In this document: piece by piece, positions 1-10,245 of the stretch
Layout of the letters: every line of letters begins with the position of its first letter
Position numbering within the stretch: position 1 is the first letter of the stretch
Assembly (NCBI GenBank): GCA_963662545.2
Contig: CAXXLL010000003.1
Span: forward strand, 320,001-384,000
DNA: 64,000 nt
DNA from: Gammaproteobacteria bacterium
GTDB lineage: Bacteria; Pseudomonadota; Gammaproteobacteria; Ga0077536
Direction of reading: 5' to 3'
Made by a program: the position numbers and the translations under genes
The notes under the pieces: model-generated
What the model saw: only the letters and a program-made list of their open reading frames with translations
Database searches by the model: none
Told to the model about the DNA's origin: nothing

Positions 1-889
1 TATCTGCGCTGTAGCCAGGCAGCAATCGTTCGACCTCTGCAAGATCGGTAAACTCTACCTCGACCTCGACGGTGCGCGCCTGCTTTTCGCGATCTAGTAC
101 ATAGGGCGCGATGCGGCGCACCCGCGCGCTGCAGCGCTTGTCTGGAAAGGCATCCAGAGACACGCAGGCTGACATGCCGGTTTCGATCTGCGGCGCGTCG
201 ACTTCATCGATTGGGGCCGAGATGTAAATGCAGCCGGGTTCAATCAGATCGATCGCCGGCAGGGTCGCGATCCCCGGGGGAGACGGCGTTAGGTACTCAC
301 CGAGCTTGGCATCGACCTCGGCGACGACTCCGCCAAACGGCGCGCGCAGTACGGTGCGTTCCAGCGCTTCGCGCGCCACTTTAATGCGCGCCGTGCCGAC
401 CCGCATCGAGGCGCGCGCACCTTCGCAGGCGGCCTTACGCGATTTCGCCACCGTGGCAGCGTCATCGGCAACTTCTTCGGCTACGAGCTTGTTCTTGCGC
501 ATCTGCGCGAGACGGTTCGATTCACGCTTGGCCCCGGCCGCCGTCGTGCAGACTTCTTCGACGCGCGATCGGGCCGCCGTCACTTCCGTCTCGGCCAGGC
601 GCACATCCGCTTTGCGGTCTTCGTTCCAGATCTCGAGCAGCACCGAACCCGCTTCCACGCGATCACCTTCGCTGACCCAAAGCGTCGCCACCTGTCCCGC
701 GGCCGCAGGTGACAGTTTCGCGCGCCGGCACGCCTCGACCGTGCCAACCCGGGTGTTCGCGACGGTCGCGCGCACAGTCCCCCGTTCGACGGGGGCGAGG
801 CGTACCGCGATGGGTTTTTCGCGCGTGAAATACCAGCCCGTGCCAGCGGCGAGCGCAGCGACGATGAGTATAAAGACTGCCTTAATCAT
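1..889 (-). CDS. Efflux RND transporter periplasmic adaptor (membrane fusion protein), runs off the left edge
   Basis: Manual translation from ATG at 889: MIKAVFILIVAALAAGTGWYF...GTVEACRRAKLSPAAAGQVATLWVSEGDRVEAG...LRAPFGGVVA. N-terminal TM plus lipoyl-like half motifs. Absent from the ORF track because the stop lies outside the window. Confidence 0.85.
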   Translation of the reverse strand, partial: MIKAVFILIVAALAAGTGWYFTREKPIAVRLAPVERGTVRATVANTRVGTVEACRRAKLSPAAAGQVATLWVSEGDRVEAGSVLLEIWNEDRKADVRLAETEVTAARSRVEEVCTTAAGAKRESNRLAQMRKNKLVAEEVADDAATVAKSRKAACEGARASMRVGTARIKVAREALERTVLRAPFGGVVAEVDAKLGEYLTPSPPGIATLPAIDLIEPGCIYISAPIDEVDAPQIETGMSACVSLDAFPDKRCSARVRRIAPYVLDREKQARTVEVEVEFTDLAEVERLLPGYSAD

Positions 890-1095
890 CGATAGTTAGA
901 CAAAACGAACTCTAGCGGCCTGTTGGACTTAAAGTCCGACAGGCCGTTAGTGTCGGTGATTACGCCGGATTTGACGATAAGGGATGGCAGCGATCGGGAA
1001 CCCGCCGAGAACCGCTGCGGGTACGACATCACTGCGGGATTCGACAATCCGAGCGGGGCTTCGTATGTTGTGGATAGCCAAATTGAGGATGCCAC

Positions 1096-1554
1096 GTGTT
1101 TTTCCCTGTCGCTATTAGCCTGCATCTGCTGTCAGCCGTCATCTGGATCGGCGGCATGTTCTTCGCCTACGTCTGCCTGCGCCCGAGTCTGCCGGAAACG
1201 CTGGAACCGCCGCAGGCAGCCCGGCTGGTAAACGCGAGCTTCGCCCGCTTCTTCCGCTGGGTCTGGGCGGCCATGGTCATCCTGCTCCTGACGGGGTTCT
1301 ATATGGCATTCGTGCGCTACGGGTTCGTCGTGTGGCCGCTGTGGCTGTATACCATGGTGGGGCTGGGGATCGTCATGATGTTGCTGTTTGCCCACGTGTA
1401 CTTCGGGCCTTTTCGGCGGCTGCGTATGGGTCTTGCCAAGAGTGACGCCGAATCGGTGCGCGAGGCCATCGCCCAGATCCGAACGATCGTCGGCGTCAAC
1501 CTGTGCCTCGGGGTGATCGTCGCGGTCAGTGCCAGTGCCGGACGCGTCTGGTAG
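1096..1554 (+). CDS. CopD-like integral membrane protein
   Basis: LHLLSAVIWIGGMFFAY..LRP motif, four hydrophobic helices. Confidence 0.75.
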   Translation: MFFPVAISLHLLSAVIWIGGMFFAYVCLRPSLPETLEPPQAARLVNASFARFFRWVWAAMVILLLTGFYMAFVRYGFVVWPLWLYTMVGLGIVMMLLFAHVYFGPFRRLRMGLAKSDAESVREAIAQIRTIVGVNLCLGVIVAVSASAGRVW

Positions 1555-1559
1555 ACGGT

Positions 1560-2417
1560 ATGAAAAACGAAGAGTCTCCGGAATCCCGCTCGGTCACACA
1601 AATCGTCACCGGACAAGCCACCAGCGACGGCGCGGGTGTGCGCCTGTTCCGAGTCATCGGCGGATCGATGCTGCCCGAACTCGATCCCTTTCTGCTGCTG
1701 GACGAGTTTCTCTCCGACGATCCGAATGATTACATCGCGGGATTTCCGGATCACCCGCACCGCGGGTTCGAAACCGTGACCTACATGCTGGCGGGCACGA
1801 TGCGCCACCGCGACAACCAGGGCAACAGTGGCTTACTCACGGCCGGCAGTGTGCAATGGATGACGGCCGGTCGCGGCATCGTGCATTCCGAAATGCCGGA
1901 ACAGGAAGACGGGCTCATGTGGGGTTTCCAACTCTGGGTCAATCTGCCGGCCCGTTCGAAGATGACTGTGCCCCGCTACCAGGACATCCCGCCCGCGCAG
2001 ATCCCCGAAGTCGAAACCGCGGACGGGATCCACGTCCGCGTGATCGCGGGGGAGTTCGATGGCATGTGCGGGCCGATCAACGGCGTCGATGCCGATCCGA
2101 TCTACCTCGACGTTACGCTCCCTGCCGGACAAACGATCGCCCTACCCCTGCCGCGCGAACACAACGCCTTTCTGTATTGCTACGACGGGGAGATCGGTGT
2201 TGGTGGCGAACCCGCCACGATCGTAGGCAAACGGCGGCTCGCAGTGCTGTCCCTGGGTGACAAGCTGCACCTGACGGGCGGCCCCGATGGCGCGCGGCTG
2301 CTGCTCGTCGCGGGCAAGCCCTTTGGCGAACCGGTGGCGCGCTACGGACCGTTCGTAATGAACACGCGTGATGAAATCGCGCAGGCGATCGACGATCTGC
2401 GCAGCGGACGATTTTGA
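1560..2417 (+). CDS. Pirin family protein
   Basis: DPFLLLDEF, FPDHPHRGFETVTY, WMTAGRGIVHSEMP, YGPFVMNT motifs. Confidence 0.95.
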   Translation: MKNEESPESRSVTQIVTGQATSDGAGVRLFRVIGGSMLPELDPFLLLDEFLSDDPNDYIAGFPDHPHRGFETVTYMLAGTMRHRDNQGNSGLLTAGSVQWMTAGRGIVHSEMPEQEDGLMWGFQLWVNLPARSKMTVPRYQDIPPAQIPEVETADGIHVRVIAGEFDGMCGPINGVDADPIYLDVTLPAGQTIALPLPREHNAFLYCYDGEIGVGGEPATIVGKRRLAVLSLGDKLHLTGGPDGARLLLVAGKPFGEPVARYGPFVMNTRDEIAQAIDDLRSGRF

Positions 2418-2531
2418 ATTTCGAGGCCGGAACTATCGCCCAGATTGCAGGCCTTGCTCGACCCGATATTAAATAAAAGCAAGGGAGGCTTAACGCTTCG
2501 GTGGAATCGTTCGGATCAGCGACGGCCCACT

Positions 2532-3197
2532 TCACTGTTCTCGCTCACCTGCAAACGACTCCTCAACGGCGGAGTTCGCCAACCAGCGCTTGATCGCAGG
2601 CGCGATCGCTTCTAAGGATTGATAGCCGACCGTTATCGCCGTCAGGCCTTTATCCTCGAAGCCGGCAACCAACGCGGGGAAGCCTCGGATCCCTGTAGTG
2701 TGAGTGATCGAAAAGTCGTTGCCCGTCGCTAGGCGCGTCTCTTTATCCTCGAAGTGAGACTGAAACGCGCGGCGTTCGAATCCCTCTGCTGCGGCGATAT
2801 CGCACAACACATCCGCATCGGTGACGTCACGGTTATCGGCGTAAAAGGCCTGGTGGATCGCCCGCAACATCGAAAATTCCGAATCCGGATGCAGCGTGCG
2901 CGCGGCGACGACCGCGCGGCAGGCAGGCTCTGTGTCGTATCTGAAATCCGTGCGTTCAAAGAAAGTGAAATCAAATGGCTGGCCGCTCATCTCGTGTACG
3001 TGTTCCCAGTGCTCGCGGATAGTTGCCTTGGTCGCTTCATCCACCGATTGGGTGGTTCCCGGGCTCAAGCCCCCCATGATGAGCACTACCTCGAATCGAT
3101 CGGCGCAGTCCCGGTGGATGCGCTCGAACACCGGCGAAAACCCCCAGCACCAGGAGCACATGGGGTCGGCGAAATAAGTGAGGATCGGTTTAGCCAT
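2532..3197 (-). CDS. DsbA family (thioredoxin-fold) protein
   Basis: YFADPMCSWCWGF CxxC motif and GIRGFP cis-Pro motif. Confidence 0.9.
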   Translation of the reverse strand: MAKPILTYFADPMCSWCWGFSPVFERIHRDCADRFEVVLIMGGLSPGTTQSVDEATKATIREHWEHVHEMSGQPFDFTFFERTDFRYDTEPACRAVVAARTLHPDSEFSMLRAIHQAFYADNRDVTDADVLCDIAAAEGFERRAFQSHFEDKETRLATGNDFSITHTTGIRGFPALVAGFEDKGLTAITVGYQSLEAIAPAIKRWLANSAVEESFAGEREQ

Positions 3198-3218
3198 GGA
3201 CCGTCGTTCGCGCACCTC

Positions 3219-4154
3219 TTATTCCCATTCAAACCAGAACCATTTTCGGTCGGTCTGCGTGTGTGACGAGTCGTCGGCAAGACGAATCAACACCTCTGCT
3301 TTGGAAGACGCATAGCGCGGCATGAGACTGCTCGGACGCGTGACGACTTCGGTGACGTTCGTGGCACGCGCCGAGGTGAATTGAGTGGGGTCGAAAGTCT
3401 CGCCCGCACGGGCCATGACGGTGGCCATGTCCTGCAGCATGCCGGTCACGAGCTGCAGGACTTCGGGTCCATCGACTACCGTTGTCATCCGCAGCCGTAC
3501 ACAGCACGGATATCCCTCGGCAGCGCCGAGATGTTCGATCAAGATCTGTTGCTGAATTTCCCTGCCCATCACCTGCACCGGCACCGTGCCCTTAAGCGAT
3601 TGCCCGGGATCGAGTTCCAGACCGTTCCAAGCGCCCACCCATACGGTCCACATTTCGCCCGATTTCTGCTGCATCAGCGCCTGGACCTTGGGCGAGCGGT
3701 AATAGTTGATCAAGCCCGCGCGGGCCTCGCCGTCCAACTCGCCCGGCATCGCCGCCATCAGGCGATCCATTAAAGTATCTAGACCGCTCGTGCCGAGGTA
3801 TTCGCCGCTGCCCGACAGGCGCATCGACGGCAATGACGAGGCCAGCGAGGCCACCGGGCCGAGTTGCGCGGCGACCTTGGGGTCGGTCACGTCCTTGCCG
3901 TTGATGCTCAGAAACTGGAAATCACGGAACTCGAGTGTCATTTCATCATCATTACCGGGCGTGACACGCACGGCGTATGTCGCCGTGCTCTCGTTGCCCT
4001 TCTTCTGCATCTTCGCCTTGACCACCGCTCTCACCGGCACCGGCCAAGCGAAACGAAAGACGTCCGCCCAACTTGCAACAGACAACATAAGCATTAGCGA
4101 CGCCGATAATGCCGTGACTAAGAAACGAGCATGTGCGGCAGGGAATCGAATCAT
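3219..4154 (-). CDS. Hypothetical exported protein
   Basis: 311-aa ORF with signal-peptide-like N-terminus, start overlaps greB stop. Confidence 0.65.
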   Translation of the reverse strand: MIRFPAAHARFLVTALSASLMLMLSVASWADVFRFAWPVPVRAVVKAKMQKKGNESTATYAVRVTPGNDDEMTLEFRDFQFLSINGKDVTDPKVAAQLGPVASLASSLPSMRLSGSGEYLGTSGLDTLMDRLMAAMPGELDGEARAGLINYYRSPKVQALMQQKSGEMWTVWVGAWNGLELDPGQSLKGTVPVQVMGREIQQQILIEHLGAAEGYPCCVRLRMTTVVDGPEVLQLVTGMLQDMATVMARAGETFDPTQFTSARATNVTEVVTRPSSLMPRYASSKAEVLIRLADDSSHTQTDRKWFWFEWE

Positions 4155-4651
4155 GACGCAGAGTACTTGATATCGACGATAATGAAGCGATCACGCCTAC
4201 CGGCAACGTCGACTTCGACCGTATCATCCAGTCCGCGTCCCATCAGCGCCTGCGCCACGGGCGAGTCGACGCTGATCTCGCCTTGCTCGGGACGCGATTC
4301 GTCACCGCCGACGATGTGATAAACGCAGGTGCCACCGTCCGCGTCCTCGAGTTCCACCGCGGCGCCGAAAAAAACCCGGTCCTGGTCCGCCGGCGCTTCG
4401 TCGACCACCTTGAGTTTCGGCATACGGCGCTGCAGGTAACCGATCCGGCGATCGATTTCGCGCATCTCCTTCTTGCGGTAGATGTATTCGGCGTTCTCGG
4501 AGCGATCGCCTTCCGCGGCAGCCGCCGCGAGATGTTTGACGACGATATGGCGCTTGTCCCACAAGGATTTCGCCTCGGCTTCGAGCGCGCGGTAGCCGGC
4601 CCGAGTGATATAGGGCGTAGCGGCTTTGGCGGGTGGCTTCCAACGGCCCAT
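4151..4651 (-). CDS. greB: Transcription elongation factor GreB
   Basis: AAAEGDRSENAEYIYRKKEMREIDRRI and ISVDSPVAQAL motifs. Confidence 0.93.
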   Translation of the reverse strand: MGRWKPPAKAATPYITRAGYRALEAEAKSLWDKRHIVVKHLAAAAAEGDRSENAEYIYRKKEMREIDRRIGYLQRRMPKLKVVDEAPADQDRVFFGAAVELEDADGGTCVYHIVGGDESRPEQGEISVDSPVAQALMGRGLDDTVEVDVAGRRDRFIIVDIKYSAS

Positions 4652-4819
4652 CGGTAGTTTAGAACTCTCTCAAGACGATGACGCTAAGCATAGTGATTGC
4701 ATCGCTGGTGAACAAATGCACTTTCATGACCCGTCTGCTTACGGGCGCACTAAAACCTGCCACTATTCGGAACGACTACAATGAACAATCCACTTTTCGC
4801 CGCCAAGGAGTCTACATCC

Positions 4820-5809
4820 ATGCAATACGCCCGCCTCGGTTCGACCGGCCTGCAGGTCTCGCGCATCTGTCTCGGGTGCATGAGCTATGGTGCGTCGTCC
4901 TGGCGCGACTGGGTGCTCGATGAAGCCGCGTCGATGCCCTTTTTTGAGCGCGCCATCGATCTGGGTATCAATTTCTTCGACACCGCGGACATGTACTCCG
5001 AAGGCGAGAGTGAGCGCATTCTCGGTAAGGCGATCAAAGCCTCGGGACTTCCGCGCGCGGATTTGGTGATCGCGACCAAGGTGTTCTTTCCGCTGAGCGA
5101 CGGCGTCAACGCCGGCGGACTATCACGCAAGCATGTCCGCCACGCCATCGACGCCTCGCTGGAACGGCTCGATCTGGATTATGTCGATCTCTATCAGATC
5201 CACCGTCTCGACCGGTCAACGCCGATGGAAGAGATCCTCGAGGGCATGAACGATGTCGTAGAGTCAGGCCGCGCACTCTATATCGGCGCCTCCAGTATGT
5301 TCGCTTGGGAATTTGCGAAGCTGCTCTACCTCGCCGAGCGGCACGGCTTCCATCGTTTCGTCAGCATGCAGAACCAGTACAACCTGATCTATCGCGAGGA
5401 AGAACGCGAGATGATCCCCTTGTGCCGGGCCGAAGGCGTGGGGCTTATCCCCTGGAGTCCGCTCGCCCGCGGCTTCATCATGGGCAATCGATCGCTCGAC
5501 GGCGACGCTCGCGGCGGTTCGACGGTGCGCGCCCGCAGCGACGAACTCGCGCAGCGCATGTATTACCGTGACGAAGATTTCGCGATCGTCGACGCGATCA
5601 CCGCGATCGCCCGGTCGCACGGCGTATCCAATGCTCAGATTGCGCTAGCCTGGGTGCTGCACCAGGACGGCGTCACCGCGCCGATCATCGGCGCCACAAA
5701 GATGGCGCATCTCGACGACGCCATCGGTGCGCTGGACCTGGAATTGACGGAGCAGGAACACTCCGCGCTTGCAGCGCACTACCTACCCCGTTCCGTCCAC
5801 CAACAATGA
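4820..5809 (+). CDS. Aldo/keto reductase
   Basis: LGSTGLQVSRICLG, FFDTADMYS, LDLDYVDLYQIHRLD, WSPLARG. Confidence 0.95.
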   Translation: MQYARLGSTGLQVSRICLGCMSYGASSWRDWVLDEAASMPFFERAIDLGINFFDTADMYSEGESERILGKAIKASGLPRADLVIATKVFFPLSDGVNAGGLSRKHVRHAIDASLERLDLDYVDLYQIHRLDRSTPMEEILEGMNDVVESGRALYIGASSMFAWEFAKLLYLAERHGFHRFVSMQNQYNLIYREEEREMIPLCRAEGVGLIPWSPLARGFIMGNRSLDGDARGGSTVRARSDELAQRMYYRDEDFAIVDAITAIARSHGVSNAQIALAWVLHQDGVTAPIIGATKMAHLDDAIGALDLELTEQEHSALAAHYLPRSVHQQ

Positions 5810-5915
5810 AGTCACACCAATCGGAAATGACCAAGATATGACCCGGGTCTGGCGCAATCTGCGCCGCGCGGTTATCGTCATGCGATACAAATAACGACCC
5901 CAAGGGGAAAACACC

Positions 5916-6809
5916 ATGCGACGCGATATCGAATTCCTGTCCGACGGCGTGACCTTACGCGGCTGGCTTTATACACCCGAAGCCGGATCCGGACCGTATC
6001 CCACCGTCGTCTTCGCGCACGGCTTCTCCGGCGTCAAGGAAATGGGCCTCGACCAGTATGCCGAAGTCTTTGCGTCAGGCGGGCTCGCCTCTCTCGTCTA
6101 TGACAACCGCTGCCTGGGTGCGAGCGACGGCGAACCGCGCCAGGACATCGATCCCATCTTACAGATGCGTGATTACCGAAGCGCCATCACTTACGCTCAG
6201 ACGCTAGACGAGGTCGACGGCGCGCGCATCGGTGTTTGGGGCACGAGCTATACGGGCGGCACCGTGTGCACCGTCGCCGCGATCGATCGCCGCGTCAAGG
6301 CGGTAGTCAGCCAGGTACCCTTCATCAACGGACACCGCAACCTGCAGCAATTCATGCCGGTTGGCGACATCGCCGGATTTCACCAGATGCTCGACGAGGA
6401 CCGCGCGCGGCGGGTGCGCGGTGAACCATCGGAGTACATGAAAATGTGCTCACTAGACCCTAACGAACCGCACCTTTTTCCGGGCGAAGCTACCTACAAC
6501 TTTATTCATCAATACGTCGACGCCGACCCCGACTGCACCTGGGAGAACCGGGCCACCCTGCGGTCGCTGGACTACATGCTGGAATACGATGTCTCGGGCT
6601 TCATGGCGCAGATCTCACCCACGCCCCTGCTCATGATCGTCGCCGAATGGGATACCACCACCCCAACCGACATCGCGCTCGACCATTACGCCATGGTGCC
6701 GGGACCGAAAGAGCTCCTGGTCATCAAATCCGATCACTATGCGGCCTATGGCGAAAAGTTCGATGAAACCAGTGCGGCCGCGAGGGATTTTTTCGATCGG
6801 CATCTTTGA
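5916..6809 (+). CDS. Alpha/beta hydrolase
   Basis: AHGFSGVKE, GASDGEPRQ, nucleophile elbow WGTSYTGG. Confidence 0.9.
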   Translation: MRRDIEFLSDGVTLRGWLYTPEAGSGPYPTVVFAHGFSGVKEMGLDQYAEVFASGGLASLVYDNRCLGASDGEPRQDIDPILQMRDYRSAITYAQTLDEVDGARIGVWGTSYTGGTVCTVAAIDRRVKAVVSQVPFINGHRNLQQFMPVGDIAGFHQMLDEDRARRVRGEPSEYMKMCSLDPNEPHLFPGEATYNFIHQYVDADPDCTWENRATLRSLDYMLEYDVSGFMAQISPTPLLMIVAEWDTTTPTDIALDHYAMVPGPKELLVIKSDHYAAYGEKFDETSAAARDFFDRHL

Positions 6810-6945
6810 TTAGAAGAAGAATCTCGTCCGCATGCGCACTAAATACGCGTTCCAAATGATAGGACGTTTCCTCGTTTGTAAGGGTACTCGTCATTCGCCC
6901 GCTTGTGGGCGAATTGAAATCTGTCTCGCAATTCGGAGCAGCTAC

Positions 6946-8106
6946 TTAGGCTTCGTGACGCCGCACGCGCCGCTGGAACCATAGACCGAGTGCGGCGACG
7001 CCAAGACCGGCGACGATAAACGCGGCATCGTAACCGGGGCCGTCGATCATGTAGCCGAAGAGCGTAACGCCGACGCCCTGTCCGAGAAATAGCATGAAGA
7101 CCCACAGGGACACCGCGGTGCCCCGCGCTTCGGGCGACAACTCCGTCGCGTGCGTCTGCATGGTGTTGTGAAACGCGTAGAAGCCGAGCCCGGCGAACAG
7201 GAAGACCGGAATACAAAGCCACCAGAAAGGCACGACCGTCAGCAGCAAATAGCCGGTGGCGAGCAGGGCTGTGCCGCCCAGGATCATGCCGCGCTCACCG
7301 AGTACCCGCATGATGTGGACGACCGCGGCGATGTAGATCGCTCCGCCCATGCTGTATGCGGCGAGCACCAGGCCGATGGCGAGGTAATTCAAGGCATGCT
7401 CGTGGCGCAGATAGGCGCCGAAGTAGGCCAGTGCCCCGAAGATCAGGATGCCTTCCAGGGTCGCCGTGATGATGAGGTCGCGCGAGCGCCGTTCACGGAA
7501 AAGCTGAAGGTAGATCCCGAGCACCTCAGACATTCGGTGCGGCCGTTCATTGCGCGGCAGCGGGCGTCGGCCCGCCGTGAACCAGAGCGCGATCGATATC
7601 ACGATCGACAGGCTACCGAATAAAAAGAAAACGTCGCGCCAGTCAAAATACTCGGCTGCAATGCCGCCGAAGCATCCCCCCGCGATCTGGCCCGCGATGA
7701 TGCCGCTGATATAGCGCGCGATAACCGGCTGGCGTTCGGTATAAGGCACTTCGTCGGCGATGTAAGCCATGGAGAGCGGCACGGTCGCCGCCGTCGCCGC
7801 GCCCGTTAGGCAGCGCCACAGGGTCAGGCTTTCCAGCGAGGCGACAAAACCGCAGGCCATGATGAACACGGTCGAGACGCCGAGCGTCGCGGCGATGACG
7901 CGAAGTTTGCCGACCCGATCGCCGATCGGGCCGTAGAAGATCTGTAGCACGCCGTAGGGGATCGCAAAAGCGGTCACGATGATCCCCGCGCTGCCCACGC
8001 TTTGGCCGAATTCGGCCGCGATCAAAGGCAGCAGCGGGCCGGTTACGGTCATCACGGCGACAACGATGAAGCTCGCCGCGCTCAACAGATAAATGGTCGG
8101 ATTCAA
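6946..8106 (-). CDS. MFS transporter
   Basis: GPIGDRVGKLRV motif A, about 12 TM segments. Confidence 0.9.
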   Translation of the reverse strand: MNPTIYLLSAASFIVVAVMTVTGPLLPLIAAEFGQSVGSAGIIVTAFAIPYGVLQIFYGPIGDRVGKLRVIAATLGVSTVFIMACGFVASLESLTLWRCLTGAATAATVPLSMAYIADEVPYTERQPVIARYISGIIAGQIAGGCFGGIAAEYFDWRDVFFLFGSLSIVISIALWFTAGRRPLPRNERPHRMSEVLGIYLQLFRERRSRDLIITATLEGILIFGALAYFGAYLRHEHALNYLAIGLVLAAYSMGGAIYIAAVVHIMRVLGERGMILGGTALLATGYLLLTVVPFWWLCIPVFLFAGLGFYAFHNTMQTHATELSPEARGTAVSLWVFMLFLGQGVGVTLFGYMIDGPGYDAAFIVAGLGVAALGLWFQRRVRRHEA

Positions 8107-8385
8107 GCCTGGGTGATCAATTCCGCGACTGGCGGAACCCCTAATGCCGGGAAAATTCGAAGATCATGAAAAGCGGCGACGTTAATGCTAATCGCGGCCC
8201 GTGTCCATGCCGCCCGTGGATCGGGCCGTGCGCCCCGGCCGTGGTTGAACCCATTCCCTCGAAGATGGAGCGCAAGCATAGAAATTCTTTAACATTTGTT
8301 TGAATCAGACCGACGCAAATCCGACGACAATCAATTAAAATCCACCGGCGAGCCAGGAGCAAGGCGATAGCAGCGGTAACGAGAG

Positions 8386-9234
8386 ATGGACAAACCGGCA
8401 GTCGAACGATTACTCGAAATCGGCTTCGAGCGAGCCGGCTATTGGGAATTGATCGATGACGAACCGCACGTCGAGGTTCAGCGTTATGCCAACGCCGCGA
8501 ACGTTCTCTACGCGTTCGTTTCCGATCGTGAGCTCCTCTACATCGGTCGATCAGGCCGCTCGCTGCAGCTCCGCATGAGCGGCTACCAGAACGGTGGGCC
8601 GCCCCGCTCCATGCGCGAACGCAACCGTGAGCGCATTATCGCCATGCTGATCATCGACCACCCGATCGAACTCTACGTCATGGCGGACCCGGGCAATCTC
8701 CACTATGGCTCGTTCCGCGTAAACCTGGCGGCGGGCCTGCAGTACAGCCTTATCGAAGCGCTGGCTCCCCCGTGGAACAAGGGCGCTTCCCGCCGCCGTA
8801 GTTCGCGCTCGAAATCCTCACGTTCGAAACCAGCCCGCTCACGATCGCCGAGCCGGGGTCCACGTACGTTTACCGACAGCGACGGGCAGGAGTACACCGA
8901 TCTGACCATAGACTGTCCGAGCTACCGCTTCCTGGTGGGGTACATCTATATGGACAAGGGATTCTTCAACGTGCCGATGTGTTATTCCCGGATGTTCGGT
9001 AAGGACCGCGAGCGCATCAAGATCCTGTGCGGCGTGGAAAAGGAGACCATCTACGGCCACATCGATCGCTCGATCAACACCAACGCGTCGCCGCGTGTGA
9101 TCGGCGGCAAACCGCTCAAGTCATGGTTTGAAAATAACGCCGGCATTAATCATCCGGTCGACATCGACATTCTGGCCCCGAATGCCGTATGGATCCGAAA
9201 TCCAGGGACGCGTGACTTTGTTCCGCCGCCTTGA
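8386..9234 (+). CDS. GIY-YIG-like nuclease domain protein with Arg/Ser-rich linker and C-terminal domain
   Basis: VLYAF...LLYIGRS...LQLRMSGY...PPWN pattern. Confidence 0.7.
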   Translation: MDKPAVERLLEIGFERAGYWELIDDEPHVEVQRYANAANVLYAFVSDRELLYIGRSGRSLQLRMSGYQNGGPPRSMRERNRERIIAMLIIDHPIELYVMADPGNLHYGSFRVNLAAGLQYSLIEALAPPWNKGASRRRSSRSKSSRSKPARSRSPSRGPRTFTDSDGQEYTDLTIDCPSYRFLVGYIYMDKGFFNVPMCYSRMFGKDRERIKILCGVEKETIYGHIDRSINTNASPRVIGGKPLKSWFENNAGINHPVDIDILAPNAVWIRNPGTRDFVPPP

Positions 9235-9308
9235 GATAACCCAGTCTGCACTACGATTCGAAGGCGCGCCGTGCACCGGGCCATCCGCTTGCATTAGACT
9301 GAAAAGCC

Positions 9309-10214
9309 ATGGATAAATCCCTTGACAAGCTTGCGGTGCTCTATGCTGACGTGTCGGGGAGTACGGCCTTATATGAGAAATTCGGCGACGAGATCGCGCG
9401 CGCCGACATGGCATCCTGCATCGAACTTCTTGCCGAGACGGCGGACGGCCTGTCCGGCGAAACGCTCAAGACCATCGGTGACGAGATCATGTGTGCCTTC
9501 GTCGAGCCCGTGAAAGCGGCGCTGTGCGCGACGGAAATGCAGGCGGGCCTCGCCAGGGCCGGCGAGGAAGGCCGCTTCAAGATGGGTATTCTGCATATTA
9601 AGATCGGCTGGCATTTCGGCGCAGTCGGTTGGCGCGGGGACGAGTTGACCGGCGAGGCGACCATCACCGCGCAACAGATCATCAACATGGCCAAGGCGGA
9701 TGAGATCCTGACCTCCAAGCAGAGCGTCGATGTGATTCCGACGCCGCTGTTTCCCGGCATCCATCCGATCGAGACCGTTCCAGCGGAAGCCTGGAGCGGT
9801 GATCTCGAGATCTGCAAGATGCCGTGGGAGGAATCGGGTGACGAAACCCAAATCAGCTCCAAGCCGCACATGCATGCCGTCTCGGCCGAAATCGCGCTGA
9901 TCCTGGAATATGCCGGGTCAAAGGTACGCGTCGATCCGCGCAATTCGAGCTGCAGTATCGGTCGCGGCAAGCATGCGGATCTGCAGGTCGATGGCAAGCT
10001 GACATCCCGCCAGCATGCAGAGATCACCTGCCGTCAGGGCCGCTTCAATATTCGCGACGAGAGCACCAACGGCACCTTCATCGTCGGCGACGACGGCGAG
10101 AGAAAGCACCTGCGGCGCGAGGAAGGTGTACTCGTCGGCACCGGAACGCTCGGTTTCGGTGCGCCCCCGGAAGAAGATCCGGGTGGCGCAGTACGGTTCA
10201 ACAGTGAGGGATAA
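9309..10214 (+). CDS. Class III adenylate/guanylate cyclase domain + FHA domain protein
   Basis: VLYADVSGSTALYE, KTIGDEIM; FHA motifs IGRG, SRQHA, DESTNGT. Confidence 0.9.
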   Translation: MDKSLDKLAVLYADVSGSTALYEKFGDEIARADMASCIELLAETADGLSGETLKTIGDEIMCAFVEPVKAALCATEMQAGLARAGEEGRFKMGILHIKIGWHFGAVGWRGDELTGEATITAQQIINMAKADEILTSKQSVDVIPTPLFPGIHPIETVPAEAWSGDLEICKMPWEESGDETQISSKPHMHAVSAEIALILEYAGSKVRVDPRNSSCSIGRGKHADLQVDGKLTSRQHAEITCRQGRFNIRDESTNGTFIVGDDGERKHLRREEGVLVGTGTLGFGAPPEEDPGGAVRFNSEG

Positions 10215-10245
10215 AACTCAAGGAACCTCTGAATAAGTCTATTGC

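Noticed and set aside
228-899. 223-aa plus-strand ORF and similar long antisense ORFs (e.g. 10322-11335, 16389-17201, 12034-12768)
   Set aside because: Shadow frames of recognisable genes in high-GC DNA.
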